A stretch of 59,336 nt of DNA, from positions 1-59,336 of IMG/VR virus record IMGVR_UViG_3300042507_008591. The stretch is one strand, 5' to 3'. This document shows, piece after piece, positions 18,864 to 29,078 of this stretch. This stretch comes from a virus (taxonomy: Duplodnaviria > Caudoviricetes). The translations under genes were made by a program, and so were the position numbers. The notes under the pieces are model-generated. The model ran no database searches. It was not told where the DNA came from and worked only from the letters and a program-made list of their open reading frames with translations. Every line of letters begins with the position of its first letter. Position 1 is the stretch's first letter.

Positions 18864-19765
18864 TTTTTATTTTCCCAAGGAAAATCTTCAATTGAGTTTT
18901 CTATACCTAACCAATTAGTGAATCTTTTGAATTCACCTTTTTTTTCTATCTCAACGATTTTGAAATTGTTCGGTTTGCCTTTAAAAAACTCAACACAATC
19001 TTCTTTGTGTTTTTCATAAATCTCAACAAGTTTATTATTCAAATTATCTTTGTTTTCTAATCCCCAACTGTCAAACAAAGTAACCAAGGGATTGAGAAGA
19101 TATCTGAAACTTTCATCCGTGAATGTTGTTGTCATAAAAGAACTATCTTTCAATAGATTTTTGTGATGAATAGAATCATAAAAATTCAAAACACTTTTTA
19201 CCCAAGTTTGTGCATCTTTTCTCAATGTTAAAACATAAACGTCGTTAGGTCTTTGTTTATAAATTTCTTGGTAAATTTTCGGAAAAGAAAAAGGTTTGTC
19301 GTTGAATAAATTAAACTGTGGGTTGTTTAGTATGGAAAATAATTTCCCATAATCTCCATGATATACTTCGGGAGCAACAAATTGAAATTGTTGATTCTCT
19401 GAGAAAGATTGATAACCGAAACTTTCCATAGCAGACGTGAATGAGGATGTACCTGATTTATTCAAACCTACACATATGATGTTTTGACCTTTTCGACCAC
19501 AACTCAAATTTTTGTCAATTATTTTTGAAAAAAGCGTTTCTTTCGTTTTTGAATTTGAAACCGAAATAAAAGAACATCCTTTATAATTCAAAACCGGTAT
19601 GAACCATCTACCCTTCACATCAAAATTAAAACGTATCGTTCTAAATGGACTATTGAAACCTATTAAGTGAGTTGTAAAATAAACCGAAATTGGTTTGTCC
19701 CCTAAATAAGTTATACGATATTTGTCACCGACAATGTCAAAAGTAAAAATCTCAATCCAGTTCAT
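18842..19765 (-). CDS. Sulfotransferase-family P-loop protein
   Basis: ICVGLNKSGTSS (5'-PSB-like), LTLRK.AQTWVKS (3'-PB-like), FPWEN. Confidence 0.7.
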   Translation of the reverse strand: MNWIEIFTFDIVGDKYRITYLGDKPISVYFTTHLIGFNSPFRTIRFNFDVKGRWFIPVLNYKGCSFISVSNSKTKETLFSKIIDKNLSCGRKGQNIICVGLNKSGTSSFTSAMESFGYQSFSENQQFQFVAPEVYHGDYGKLFSILNNPQFNLFNDKPFSFPKIYQEIYKQRPNDVYVLTLRKDAQTWVKSVLNFYDSIHHKNLLKDSSFMTTTFTDESFRYLLNPLVTLFDSWGLENKDNLNNKLVEIYEKHKEDCVEFFKGKPNNFKIVEIEKKGEFKRFTNWLGIENSIEDFPWENKNHKGLHS

Positions 19766-19898
19766 CGATGTCCTCGATTACATATTTTCTCCACCAATTA
19801 CCAAATTTGGTTTTACGATATTTTTGTGTGAACCATTCACCAACAAAAATAATAACCCAAAATCCAATTACAAAACCAATTACAATATTCCAAAACAT
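19752..19898 (-). CDS. Small membrane protein (48 aa), not in ORF track
   Basis: MFWNIVIGFVIGFWVIIFVGEWF...; overlaps the next start. Confidence 0.55.
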   Translation of the reverse strand: MFWNIVIGFVIGFWVIIFVGEWFTQKYRKTKFGNWWRKYVIEDIDELD

Positions 19899-20022
19899 AT
19901 TTATATTTTTATAAAAAACTAATGAATAAAGACAAAAACGAAAGTATTATCAAACCTGAACTTTATCATTTGGTCAGGAAAGATAAAAACAAAATTCATA
20001 AAGAATTTAAATATCAGGTAAG

Positions 20023-20050
20023 AAAAAAACCCACTTGTCGTGAGTTTTTT
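20023..20050. terminator. Terminator hairpin, family variant
   Basis: AAAAAAACCCACTTGTCGTGAGTTTTTT. Confidence 0.65.
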
Positions 20051-20053
20051 AGA

Positions 20054-20182
20054 TTACTCTTGCGGCGGTTGAGAAACAAGTTTTTGGGCTTCTGCAATTA
20101 AGTTAGCCTCACTCCCGTACTTACATGTACAAGAACCTCTCCCATTCTCTCTCAAAATTTGTTGTGCTTCTTGAAGTGTCAT
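20054..20182 (-). CDS. Small protein (42 aa), not in ORF track
   Basis: MTLQEAQQILRENGRGSCTCKYGSEANLIAEAQKLVSQPPQE, between a TATTTAT motif and a terminator. Confidence 0.6.
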   Translation of the reverse strand: MTLQEAQQILRENGRGSCTCKYGSEANLIAEAQKLVSQPPQE

Positions 20183-20208
20183 ATTGATAAATATTGTTTG
20201 TTTTTAGT

Positions 20209-20607
20209 TTATTCGTGTGATGCAATATAAAACCACACAGCATCGTTGTATTCGACCGCAAGTACCATCAAACCTGAGTACTGAGGGTCTGAAATCATTT
20301 TAAAATGACAAGAAATACCATCCTCGTCCTTGCAGAACCAACCGAATGTATTTCCCTCAGTTGGTAATTGTGAAACAATTCTGTATGTTTGAGTTTTCTT
20401 ACTGTAGATAATAACTTTGGTGGGATGTAATTCAATAAGAATATTACATTCCTGTCCATCAAGTATCCAAGATGAAACTGCGGAATTTTCATCGGGTCGT
20501 ACACCCATTGAGACGTTTTGGGCTCTCATGTATCGTATTTTGTTTTCCTGACCAAATGTGGTGAGTGTGGAAATCAAAAAGAAAAAAGATAGTAAGAAGA
20601 TTTTCAT
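20209..20607 (-). CDS. Secreted hypothetical protein
   Basis: Bacteroidota-style signal peptide ending ...FG|Q. Confidence 0.7.
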   Translation of the reverse strand: MKIFLLSFFFLISTLTTFGQENKIRYMRAQNVSMGVRPDENSAVSSWILDGQECNILIELHPTKVIIYSKKTQTYRIVSQLPTEGNTFGWFCKDEDGISCHFKMISDPQYSGLMVLAVEYNDAVWFYIASHE

Positions 20608-20843
20608 TTTGAGTTGTTTTTGATGTGTTTGTTGATAGTTGAAATGGCAAGTTCATAGATAAGAAAAAGAGCCAAGATGTTATTGGCAAGAAAAAGTGAG
20701 ACACCCAAACCAAATTTGATAGAGTCTTGAACATTCATCATACCAAAAACAAAAAGGTCCCCTTTTAATGACAGAAACATAATAAGGAATACGGTTATCA
20801 CCCGAAAACCGAAGTCCAAGAATGGAGGTAGTTTTATCTTCAT
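20604..20843 (-). CDS. Small membrane protein
   Basis: Two hydrophobic segments; ATGA overlap with the next gene. Confidence 0.6.
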   Translation of the reverse strand: MKIKLPPFLDFGFRVITVFLIMFLSLKGDLFVFGMMNVQDSIKFGLGVSLFLANNILALFLIYELAISTINKHIKNNSK

Positions 20844-20891
20844 ACCTCAATCATAACAGAAAAAAACCCAGTGTCAAATTCTCCCCAAAAT

Positions 20892-20916
20892 AAAAAACCC
20901 CCACTTTCGTGAGGGT
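20892..20916 (-). terminator. Terminator-family hairpin
   Basis: AAAAAACCCCCACTTTCGTGAGGGT. Confidence 0.75.
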
Positions 20917-20937
20917 CATTTTTTTTCTTCGTAAATA

Positions 20938-21231
20938 TTAGTTGTAGAATCCACCACCTTGAGGGTAACCTCCCACGATGTGCCATATCGCTTCTTGAGA
21001 ACCGTTAATTGTGTAAATTACCATATAATATCCATCGGCAACAGGAGAAGTAAGCTCAGGGTTCGAGAATACCTGTTGGTCAGTTGATAAACAAGCCCAA
21101 CAACTTCCCGTATCATTTTGACAAATTGAACAGTCGTTAATCCCATCAGCATAAACCTGAATGTTTGGTGTCATCCCTTGTACCGATTCCAAAGTTGTGT
21201 TGTAAGCAACGGAGAAGTTAAGTGTAGCCAT
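20938..21231 (-). CDS. Small Cys-containing hypothetical protein
   Basis: CSIC...CWAC; TATTTAT upstream. Confidence 0.65.
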   Translation of the reverse strand: MATLNFSVAYNTTLESVQGMTPNIQVYADGINDCSICQNDTGSCWACLSTDQQVFSNPELTSPVADGYYMVIYTINGSQEAIWHIVGGYPQGGGFYN

Positions 21232-21277
21232 AATAGTGTTTTAGTAATAAATATTTTTATTTTAAGAAAACTTCGAC

Positions 21278-23338
21278 CTAATGTAGTACGGTAACCTTAA
21301 AAGGGTAAGAAACTACTTCATTGTTGATAATAATTGATACTACACCGTAATATACACCATCAGGAACCCCTCGTCCGTCCCAATCGTTGTTGTACTGTAA
21401 ACTCTGATAAACGGTTTTTCCCCATCTATTCTTGATAATAATCGGTCTAAAGTTATAGAGAAGTAGGTTATTGATTACAAAAAAATCATTGGTATTGTCA
21501 TTATTTGGTGTGAAAACATTGGGTATTGTAATGAAAGGTGGTTCGGGTTGTACGCAAATCACATAATTACTTTCGCTTACATATCCGTTGTTTGTTGTTA
21601 CAACCTTGATGTTGTAGTTTCCAACCTTCAAAGTGTCTGACGTCAATAGATAGGTCGTGTCAGTCAAAGATGTTGTATTCCATTTTACCCATTGATTGTT
21701 GTATTGTATGTATACATCGTAAAGTGGGTTATCCCAACCATTGTATTGATTCCACAATAAGTTAACCGAATCACACTCACCATTACTTCTTAACCAAATG
21801 GAGTGAATTGAATCTGATGGTCCGAAAATGAAACCACTATATCTAAAATCAATTTTATATGAATACGTCTGCCCATCAACATTGGTTGCCGTTAAATCAT
21901 CATAATAAAAACGGTCCCATTTTGTAACCAGTTGACGGAAGACATATTGTGTTCCATCCCATTTGAAAATACCATATCCCTCGATAGCGTTCGTATCACA
22001 AGAAGCACCATCAACACTCCACTGTAAGTTTATGTGATTATCATCAACTACCGTCACATTTTCAAACTGCCATACAGGTTCAACACAATTATCAACAATG
22101 ATAACCAAAGTATCAAATTCATCCATCGGGAACCCACACTTGTTGGTTAAAGTATTTCCGTCATTACCAGTCTTTGAATATAAAAAGTAACGACCATTAA
22201 CCAATAAAGGTTTAAATAGGACCACTTTGATATATTCGGTTTCTTTGTTTACATCACAATCAGGAATCAAACTCTTGATAGGAATAGGTTGACCAAATGG
22301 ATTGGTCATTCTAAAATCACTACCATCTAAAGCAACTGACTCACAATCAATTTTGATTTCAAAGTATAAATCAACTGCCGTGTCTCCACAATTGTAATTG
22401 ACTGCAGGAAGCATAGTTACCGAGTCCAAAAATTGACCAGGGTAGTCGTAATCCAAAATAACACCTTGGGTTGCTTGAGGGGAACAGTTAGCGGATATTG
22501 ATACCATCATATCCCTCGAAGATGACCCTACAGGGTACCAAACAAACCAAGTACTATCGTATCTCCACTCAGTAATCTTTACACTCATTACATCAATTTC
22601 TTGTTGAGTGGGTAAAAAATTTATAGTACCTGTTTTTGGATTAATATTGAAGAATGTTGAAGTGATTGGTTGGGTCGCAGAATATCCAGCGTCAAATGGT
22701 ATATTTGTTTGAGTGGGATATAACCCTTCACGACAATTAATCATTTGATAGTGAATACTATCCCCATCATATTCCACACTTGTCTGAGCCCAATTGAATG
22801 TTTTATTGATACAGAAAGCCCTAACGGGTTCCGAGACAAAAATTGGTGAGGAGTTGTTACCCGAAGTATTATTTAAGTCAGCGTCAAAGAAGAAACCGTC
22901 ATTTCCCAAAGCACCATTTGACGCAAAAATATTTGTAATATTACCGGGTCTACAACAGTCAGACCACCAAAACTTAAAGTTTGAACAGGTACCAGGTAAA
23001 ATAACAAAACCTTTATAAGTATAAATCTCCAAGGTCCTCGTACTAACAGAACCTGGTGTCACACAATCAAATAACGTCGGCGCCACCAAACCTGAACCCG
23101 CTTGTTGGGTCATAGTGATGTTTTGGTTAGTAAAGCAACTAGAACTGACAGTTACGGTAGTTGTTGCTGGCATACCGATGCCTGTGATATCTCGGTAAAG
23201 TCGAAGAATTACTTTGTAGTGATGATTGATTCCTGTCGAATCACCAATATATCTATATTGAATGTCTCCACCAGCATAGTGGGAACCAAAACCCACAAAG
23301 GAGAACAAAAATAAAATCAGGGTAAGAAGTTTTTTCAT
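21278..23338 (-). CDS. T9SS type-B (gliding-motility/CHU_C C-terminal domain) surface protein
   Basis: Signal + SHYAGGDIQY; C-terminal IPNVFTPNND..NDFF...NRWG..VY...WDG...DGVYY. Confidence 0.88.
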   Translation of the reverse strand: MKKLLTLILFLFSFVGFGSHYAGGDIQYRYIGDSTGINHHYKVILRLYRDITGIGMPATTTVTVSSSCFTNQNITMTQQAGSGLVAPTLFDCVTPGSVSTRTLEIYTYKGFVILPGTCSNFKFWWSDCCRPGNITNIFASNGALGNDGFFFDADLNNTSGNNSSPIFVSEPVRAFCINKTFNWAQTSVEYDGDSIHYQMINCREGLYPTQTNIPFDAGYSATQPITSTFFNINPKTGTINFLPTQQEIDVMSVKITEWRYDSTWFVWYPVGSSSRDMMVSISANCSPQATQGVILDYDYPGQFLDSVTMLPAVNYNCGDTAVDLYFEIKIDCESVALDGSDFRMTNPFGQPIPIKSLIPDCDVNKETEYIKVVLFKPLLVNGRYFLYSKTGNDGNTLTNKCGFPMDEFDTLVIIVDNCVEPVWQFENVTVVDDNHINLQWSVDGASCDTNAIEGYGIFKWDGTQYVFRQLVTKWDRFYYDDLTATNVDGQTYSYKIDFRYSGFIFGPSDSIHSIWLRSNGECDSVNLLWNQYNGWDNPLYDVYIQYNNQWVKWNTTSLTDTTYLLTSDTLKVGNYNIKVVTTNNGYVSESNYVICVQPEPPFITIPNVFTPNNDNTNDFFVINNLLLYNFRPIIIKNRWGKTVYQSLQYNNDWDGRGVPDGVYYGVVSIIINNEVVSYPFKVTVLH

Positions 23339-23694
23339 AGTAACAAGGTATCTGATGGGTAACTAAAATTAATATGACATTTATCAGTATAAACACAAAT
23401 GGGTACAACTCTGACTCCGACTGAGTCATTTACATATCTAAAATTAATATTCAACGTGGTCTGTTGGTCGGTACCCATTATGTGCAAATAACTATCGTCA
23501 ACCACTTTGAATTGTGTGTAAACATTACTATCTGAATACAAAACATATCCAGAATTTATGTCTCTTACTATGACGTGTTCTAAAGTATCCCTTACATAAA
23601 GGTTGAAGGATTTAAACGAAGTGTCACATATGACTCCCTCTTCTTGACACCCCAAAATTAATAAAGTTAAAAGAAAATAAAATAATTGTTTCAT
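23335..23694 (-). CDS. Lipoprotein
   Basis: Lipobox LILG-C followed by acidic QEE. Confidence 0.7.
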   Translation of the reverse strand: MKQLFYFLLTLLILGCQEEGVICDTSFKSFNLYVRDTLEHVIVRDINSGYVLYSDSNVYTQFKVVDDSYLHIMGTDQQTTLNINFRYVNDSVGVRVVPICVYTDKCHINFSYPSDTLLL

Positions 23695-23769
23695 ACTCTA
23701 AAATATAAGAAAATTTAATTAGAAAAACTATTGTCCTTAGAAAAATAGTCATCTATGTTTTGAATAACC

Positions 23770-23850
23770 TTGATGGTTACCGGTTTCCTCATAGGTGTAG
23801 ATTAGTGTTTTACCGGTTTTGGGGGTTCTCGAAAGAGACCCCCTTTTTTT
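23770..23850 (+). ncRNA. Candidate small RNA ending in a strong terminator
   Basis: TTACCGGTTT twice; GGGGG-TTCTC-GAAA-GAGA-CCCCC-T7; complementary to the start region of 16483-18375. Confidence 0.35.
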
Positions 23851-25408
23851 ATAAGAAGACTATTTTAGCCCCCGATTTGTATTTTTCAAAGTTAGGTCCC
23901 TTGGTTATTAAGAATCTTGGACCATCTTTTTTGTAATCTATGATACCCGCTGCTTTAGCGGTAGAAAAAAGAGGGGATAAATAACCCCTACTAACTATTG
24001 GTGAACTAGAACCCTTAGTGTAGAATTGACCGTCTCGGTAGTCTAACTTACCAATATCAACCAAGAAGTCTGTTTTGGTTCCAACTTTCCCACTATCCAA
24101 CCATTTTAACAATTCACCAATAACACCTGACCTTCTATCAAAAGTATATCCAGCATCGGTTTTTGGTGATTTAGAAATTATCACATCCTTAGGTGTTATG
24201 ACTTCAATAAATTTTTCATTCTTTACTATTTGCACATAAATTCGATTGAACAACTTCATTGCATATTCGTTGAAGAGGTTTCTTGGAATTCTATGTCCTA
24301 ACTGAATACTTAAGTCAATCGGACCCCTCAGAGGTATACCCATATCTTCACTAATTACTTGAGGAAAGACATAGAAATTAGCGAAACTTGTTTTATATTC
24401 AATTTCATTTTTCATTAAATAGGTTCCGACAGGGACCTCTTGGAATTCTTTCTCGATGAAAACTTCACACTTTACAGAAGTCTCCGTTTCACTCTCAACT
24501 TTGGGAGAAGAGAAGGTGACCCCAAACTCCCATTTACCAATAACATCTTGATTTGCCAGTTCTCTCTGCGCGGTGAATGAATATTGAGAGTTAAATGCGT
24601 CAACCACTAAGGGGTCCACGGGGTATTCAGTATCAAAATCCTGTTTTATAAGGGGCATTACATCTATAGGGAGTGCAGAAATCATTCGAGCAATTTCAGT
24701 GCCATCCATTTTTTTGTCTAGTGAATCCCACCAAGTTTGTCCCGTCTCCGTTTTGTAGATAGCTACCTTATGATAAATGTTATCACTCGGTATTTTTTTA
24801 AAAATAATATAGTATAAACCCCCCGTTGAGATATAATTCAAGAAGTGTTCCATGGATTGTTTGGATGCAGTACACCACTTTGTGTTAGCTCCGTAAATAC
24901 AGGAAGCTTCATAACTCAAAGGTCTCAAAACAATGATGTTTTCATCTTCATATATTCGAGTGACCTGAGTTTTTTTAATCTCCAATTCTTTTTTCTTCTC
25001 CCTTTCCGATTTGAGTTTTTTGTACTCTTTGAGAAAGTCATTCAAAGTTTCGTTTTTAATGTAATCACTAAATTCGTTATACTTGAATTTTTTCTTGTTA
25101 GAATCAAAAAATTCCAAGGCATTAATGGCTCTTGTAAGGAACTCCCTTTCTTTCATTATAAAATTAAAGGCTTCTCTTGTTGGTAAAGATTGTTTTTCAG
25201 AACTGAAATAAAATTCATTCATACCAAGATAAACCCTCATCAACCCATCCAAATATTTGTAATTGGATTGTATCATGAATGGGTCAGTAATCAAAAAATC
25301 ATAGGCAGAACCATTTTCCAAATAATCGGAGACTAATTTCCTTGCCGCTTGAATTTGGCTTTCGTATTTGTTGAATACGTTTTCTTTTCTACCCTCAAGA
25401 ATTAACAT
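23849..25408 (-). CDS. Hypothetical phage protein with PLS.EASC.YG..TKWC motif
   Basis: 519 aa; motif recalled from large-phage proteins; function unknown. Confidence 0.7.
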   Translation of the reverse strand: MLILEGRKENVFNKYESQIQAARKLVSDYLENGSAYDFLITDPFMIQSNYKYLDGLMRVYLGMNEFYFSSEKQSLPTREAFNFIMKEREFLTRAINALEFFDSNKKKFKYNEFSDYIKNETLNDFLKEYKKLKSEREKKKELEIKKTQVTRIYEDENIIVLRPLSYEASCIYGANTKWCTASKQSMEHFLNYISTGGLYYIIFKKIPSDNIYHKVAIYKTETGQTWWDSLDKKMDGTEIARMISALPIDVMPLIKQDFDTEYPVDPLVVDAFNSQYSFTAQRELANQDVIGKWEFGVTFSSPKVESETETSVKCEVFIEKEFQEVPVGTYLMKNEIEYKTSFANFYVFPQVISEDMGIPLRGPIDLSIQLGHRIPRNLFNEYAMKLFNRIYVQIVKNEKFIEVITPKDVIISKSPKTDAGYTFDRRSGVIGELLKWLDSGKVGTKTDFLVDIGKLDYRDGQFYTKGSSSPIVSRGYLSPLFSTAKAAGIIDYKKDGPRFLITKGPNFEKYKSGAKIVFL

Positions 25409-25411
25409 AAG

Positions 25412-25987
25412 TTAAGCAATTTTTGGTGGTTTGGGACTCGCCCCTGACTGATATCCTTTTAATACTTTGATTGTTAAGTCTCCCGTACCCCAAGGTGAAT
25501 TCTTAAGTTCCATAGCAGTTTTCATAGAATCTTTTCCAGATTTCAAAGAGTTAATGATATTGTCGTACTTGCCATTTCGGAGTGTGTCTATAGTTGCCTG
25601 AATACCATCCATATCTTGTTGGTAATTTTTAACACCTTGAATACATTTACCTTCAGAGTTTTTTGATAGACAGTTATAAAAAGAGGCGCCAGGTTTGTGG
25701 TAAGTCGTGTTGAATGGATTGTTTTTTGCTTCACCACCTTCAGATTGTCTCCAAGCATATAAAAACTCCATGTTATCGGGAGTAATAGGTGCGCCAATCC
25801 CTTTGAGTATTTCATTGTAGAACTCATCATCAGTTCCAATACTCTTAACTTGTTTTTCCGGTTTTTCCTCTGAGTCATCAAACCCGAAGAAATCTGAAAC
25901 AGATTTGAGTAAATCTCCAAGAGTTTGTTCTTGGAGGTTCATGAGCCTTCTGTTCTTATTAATTTCTTCTGCTAAAACTTTTTTCAT
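25412..25987 (-). CDS. Putative lysozyme-like peptidoglycan hydrolase
   Basis: AWRQSEGG..NNPFNTT...GVKNY...DGIQAT..TL pattern. Confidence 0.55.
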   Translation of the reverse strand: MKKVLAEEINKNRRLMNLQEQTLGDLLKSVSDFFGFDDSEEKPEKQVKSIGTDDEFYNEILKGIGAPITPDNMEFLYAWRQSEGGEAKNNPFNTTYHKPGASFYNCLSKNSEGKCIQGVKNYQQDMDGIQATIDTLRNGKYDNIINSLKSGKDSMKTAMELKNSPWGTGDLTIKVLKGYQSGASPKPPKIA

Positions 25988-26019
25988 TAGTCAGTTTTAG
26001 TTATAAATATCCAAAGGTC

Positions 26020-27222
26020 CTAAACAAAAACCTCAGGAATTTCATCCCAAGACGTTGTATACTTTCGACTTATAAAGTCTTGTTTCATTTCCCACTTTTT
26101 TTCTTTATTAATCGGAGCCTGAATGATTTGAATTGTCTGCTCAAAAAGTGATGTCTGACGTTGTGAATCTGGCATCAGGTCATTGAAGATAATTCCACAT
26201 TTTTTATATTTTTTACCCACCTGATAAAGTTTTTTCAGGTGTGGGTAAACTTGACTCCAAATCTCATCCACATCTTTGGTTTGTTGGTTGAATGAAATTT
26301 GTTTACTTGAATAATGTTTTTCCCCTTTGTGGATATTCCCGTTCATGAATATGGTTGCTTTGTTTGGCTCTGCACCATTTTCAATAAGTTTTCTAACACC
26401 ATTCTTAATGTAAGTGTACATGGCTTCCGCCAATTGGTCGAAAGAGTCAACATCTTGTCCAAACGAGCGAGTTGAAGCAATGTTCTTTTTAAACTTTGAT
26501 TGAGTAACAACGGAGTGACAATACATTCCAAGGATTTCAGCCTTCGCCCTTAACCCATTTACGTTTAATAGTTTTCTAACATATGCGTCGGGAAGCATAA
26601 CAAATTGTCCGATTGATTCCACGCCAATAGCTTTTAGTTTTTTTGCCCACTTACGACCGATACCCCACACTTCATCAACATCAATTTCATAAAGAGAATT
26701 CCTAAAGTCAGGTAAATCCCAATAACTACAGATTCCATTGAATGTGGGTTGTTGTTTTGCCATATGAGATGTGAGTTTAGCCAAGGTTTTATTTGGTCCC
26801 ACACCAATAGAAACAGGAATCCCAACTCTACGTTTAACTTGGTCTTGGATAAGTTCCAAGGTGTCCATCAACTCATTGTCAGGGATGTTTGAAAAATCAA
26901 CGAACGCCTCATCAATGGAATATATTTCCATTGTTGTGGAGAACTCTTTGATAACTGACATTACTCTGTCAGACATATCTCCGTAGAGATTATAATTAGA
27001 TGAATAAACACAAAATCGGTGTTCATCCATAAAATCCCTTTTTTGGAAAAAGGGTTCACCCATTTTAATTCCAAGAGCCTTGGCTTCTTGAGAACGAGCA
27101 ATCACACAACCATCGTTGTTAGAAAGAACAACAGTGGGTCTCCCCACCGAGACAGGATTAAAGACCCTCTCACAAGAAACGTAAAAATTATTACAGTCAA
27201 TAATTCCAATTTTCCGAGTCAT
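26020..27222 (-). CDS. umuC: Y-family DNA polymerase V subunit
   Basis: [39 protein letters not shown]-terminal W.MKQ...S..YTT.W. Confidence 0.95.
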   Translation of the reverse strand: MTRKIGIIDCNNFYVSCERVFNPVSVGRPTVVLSNNDGCVIARSQEAKALGIKMGEPFFQKRDFMDEHRFCVYSSNYNLYGDMSDRVMSVIKEFSTTMEIYSIDEAFVDFSNIPDNELMDTLELIQDQVKRRVGIPVSIGVGPNKTLAKLTSHMAKQQPTFNGICSYWDLPDFRNSLYEIDVDEVWGIGRKWAKKLKAIGVESIGQFVMLPDAYVRKLLNVNGLRAKAEILGMYCHSVVTQSKFKKNIASTRSFGQDVDSFDQLAEAMYTYIKNGVRKLIENGAEPNKATIFMNGNIHKGEKHYSSKQISFNQQTKDVDEIWSQVYPHLKKLYQVGKKYKKCGIIFNDLMPDSQRQTSLFEQTIQIIQAPINKEKKWEMKQDFISRKYTTSWDEIPEVFV

Positions 27223-27284
27223 TGTTTTTTTTCAAGTTGTTTGAGAATTGCCCAAAGTAAAATTATAATGATGATTATTCCCAT
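27219..27284 (-). CDS. 21-aa hydrophobic peptide between umuD and umuC
   Basis: [21 protein letters not shown]; ATGA overlap with the umuC start. Confidence 0.4.
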   Translation of the reverse strand: MGIIIIIILLWAILKQLEKKQ

Positions 27285-27286
27285 GA

Positions 27287-27604
27287 TTAACGTTGTTTTA
27301 AAATCCAAGAAACTTTACCCCATAAGTTTTTCTGTCCATCATACTCCCTTATCTTAAAACAAAGTTTGTCAGTTAACACCACTAAGTCACCATCCAAAGG
27401 TTGAATTGCTCGGTCAACAACCAACACATCACCAGGATTTACCCCCAAGGTTTTTGGTCCTTTATATCTAAAATAAAAAGTAGAATGAATGTCCCTAACA
27501 ATCAATTCATTTAGGTCTAATCTCTTGTCCACGTAACTTTCAGCGGGAGAGGCAAAACCTGTCGTCTTGGTATTGATAGTGAGGGTTTGTTCAGTAAAAC
27601 TCAT
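27287..27604 (-). CDS. umuD: UmuD-like protein lacking catalytic residues
   Basis: GFASPAESY...LDLNEL, GDVLVVDR, GDLVV; GDSM replaced by GPKT. Confidence 0.8.
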   Translation of the reverse strand: MSFTEQTLTINTKTTGFASPAESYVDKRLDLNELIVRDIHSTFYFRYKGPKTLGVNPGDVLVVDRAIQPLDGDLVVLTDKLCFKIREYDGQKNLWGKVSWILKQR

Positions 27605-27676
27605 ACCACAAATTTAATCAAAATATTTTTTTAAACCAAACTATTTTGTATTTATATTTGTAAAAATATTAATAAG

Positions 27677-27961
27677 GTGTCTGACCGTAATCTTATTCTC
27701 AAAAAGTCTTTGGACAAGATTGTTTCCCAATCTCTCGAACGTGACAAAAGTCTCGGCGGGGTTGAGACTATTGAGGTTACATTCCTTTTCAGAGCTCCTG
27801 TGAGAACCGCAATGTGTGATTGGGTTTATGGTCTCAAAATTTATGTGAAAGAAGGCACTGATACGCTAAACGTTGGGGAAAAAATCAAAAACCATATCAC
27901 TCGTGTGATGTCACAGATTTCCAATGACACTTTTTGTTTGACAGAAATTAATTTTCTTTAG
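27677..27961 (+). CDS. Hypothetical protein
   Basis: 94 aa, GTG start, TATTTAT upstream. Confidence 0.6.
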   Translation: MSDRNLILKKSLDKIVSQSLERDKSLGGVETIEVTFLFRAPVRTAMCDWVYGLKIYVKEGTDTLNVGEKIKNHITRVMSQISNDTFCLTEINFL

Positions 27962-29078
27962 ACTCACCCCACTTAAGTTTATCTAAAGTCGCTAAGGCTT
28001 GCCCAATTACTTGGTGCATGTCGTAATAGGCGTAAGTACCAAGTCTTCCTCCAAAGATGTATTTTTTGTTTTCATCCGCTAGCCATTTATACTTGTTATA
28101 AGTTATCACATTTTTTTCGTCCCTAATCGGATAGTAAGGGTCGTTCTCACCGGTGTATTCACATGAATACTCTTTGCTGATGTAGGTTGTCTTTTGATTT
28201 TGGTTGTCAAAGAACTTATGTTCTAAGACTCGAGTGTATTCCGTTTCATCATCAGTGAAGTTCATAACAGGATGTCCTTGGAAACTTTCCTTATCTAAGT
28301 GGTAGTTTTCCCATCGAAGACTTCGGTATTCAAGTTTACCGTATTTGAAATCAAAGAATCTGTCAATTGGACCGGTGTAAATTATTTTCTCACTCATAAA
28401 TTCAAACTCATCCTTGTGTTGGAAAAAATCCGTTTCCAACATAACTTCAATACCATCCAATAATTTGTCAAAGATTTGGGTATAACCTCCAATTGGAATA
28501 CCTTGGAATTTATCATTGAAATAGTTGTTATCCCAAGTAAATCTTACAGGTAACCTTTTGATAATTGAAGGGGGAAGTTCTGTACACTTCTTACCCCACT
28601 GTTTCTCGGTATATCCTTTTATTAATTTGTAAAAGATGTCATCACCAACCATTGAACGAGCCTGTTCTTCCAAATTGGTAATGGGTCCACGATACTTTTG
28701 TGATTCAATCTTAAGTTTAGCATCCTCAGGATTTTTTACCCCCCACAACTGATGGAATGTCCACATATTAAACGGAAGGGAATAGAGTTCTCCTTTATAA
28801 TTTGCGATTGGTGAGTTTTGAAATTGTCTGAACTCAGCAAATTGATTCACCCATTCCCAAATTCGTTTATCACTTGTATGAAAAATATGAGCGCCATACT
28901 CGTGTACGTGGATTCCATCAACATCTTTAGTGTGACAGTTCCCACCAATGTGATTCCTTTTTTCAATCACCAAAACTTTTTTACCCGCCTTGGTTAATTC
29001 GTGGGCACAGGTCGCACCGAAGAAACCTGAACCTACAATTACATAATCATATTTTTTATTTGAAATCAAAAACGACAC
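27948..29078 (-). CDS. glf: UDP-galactopyranose mutase
   Basis: IVGSGFFG FAD motif, HIGGNC, YGAHIFHT, PYYP, GRLGTYAYYDMHQ. Confidence 0.96.
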   Translation of the reverse strand: MSFLISNKKYDYVIVGSGFFGATCAHELTKAGKKVLVIEKRNHIGGNCHTKDVDGIHVHEYGAHIFHTSDKRIWEWVNQFAEFRQFQNSPIANYKGELYSLPFNMWTFHQLWGVKNPEDAKLKIESQKYRGPITNLEEQARSMVGDDIFYKLIKGYTEKQWGKKCTELPPSIIKRLPVRFTWDNNYFNDKFQGIPIGGYTQIFDKLLDGIEVMLETDFFQHKDEFEFMSEKIIYTGPIDRFFDFKYGKLEYRSLRWENYHLDKESFQGHPVMNFTDDETEYTRVLEHKFFDNQNQKTTYISKEYSCEYTGENDPYYPIRDEKNVITYNKYKWLADENKKYIFGGRLGTYAYYDMHQVIGQALATLDKLKWGESKEN

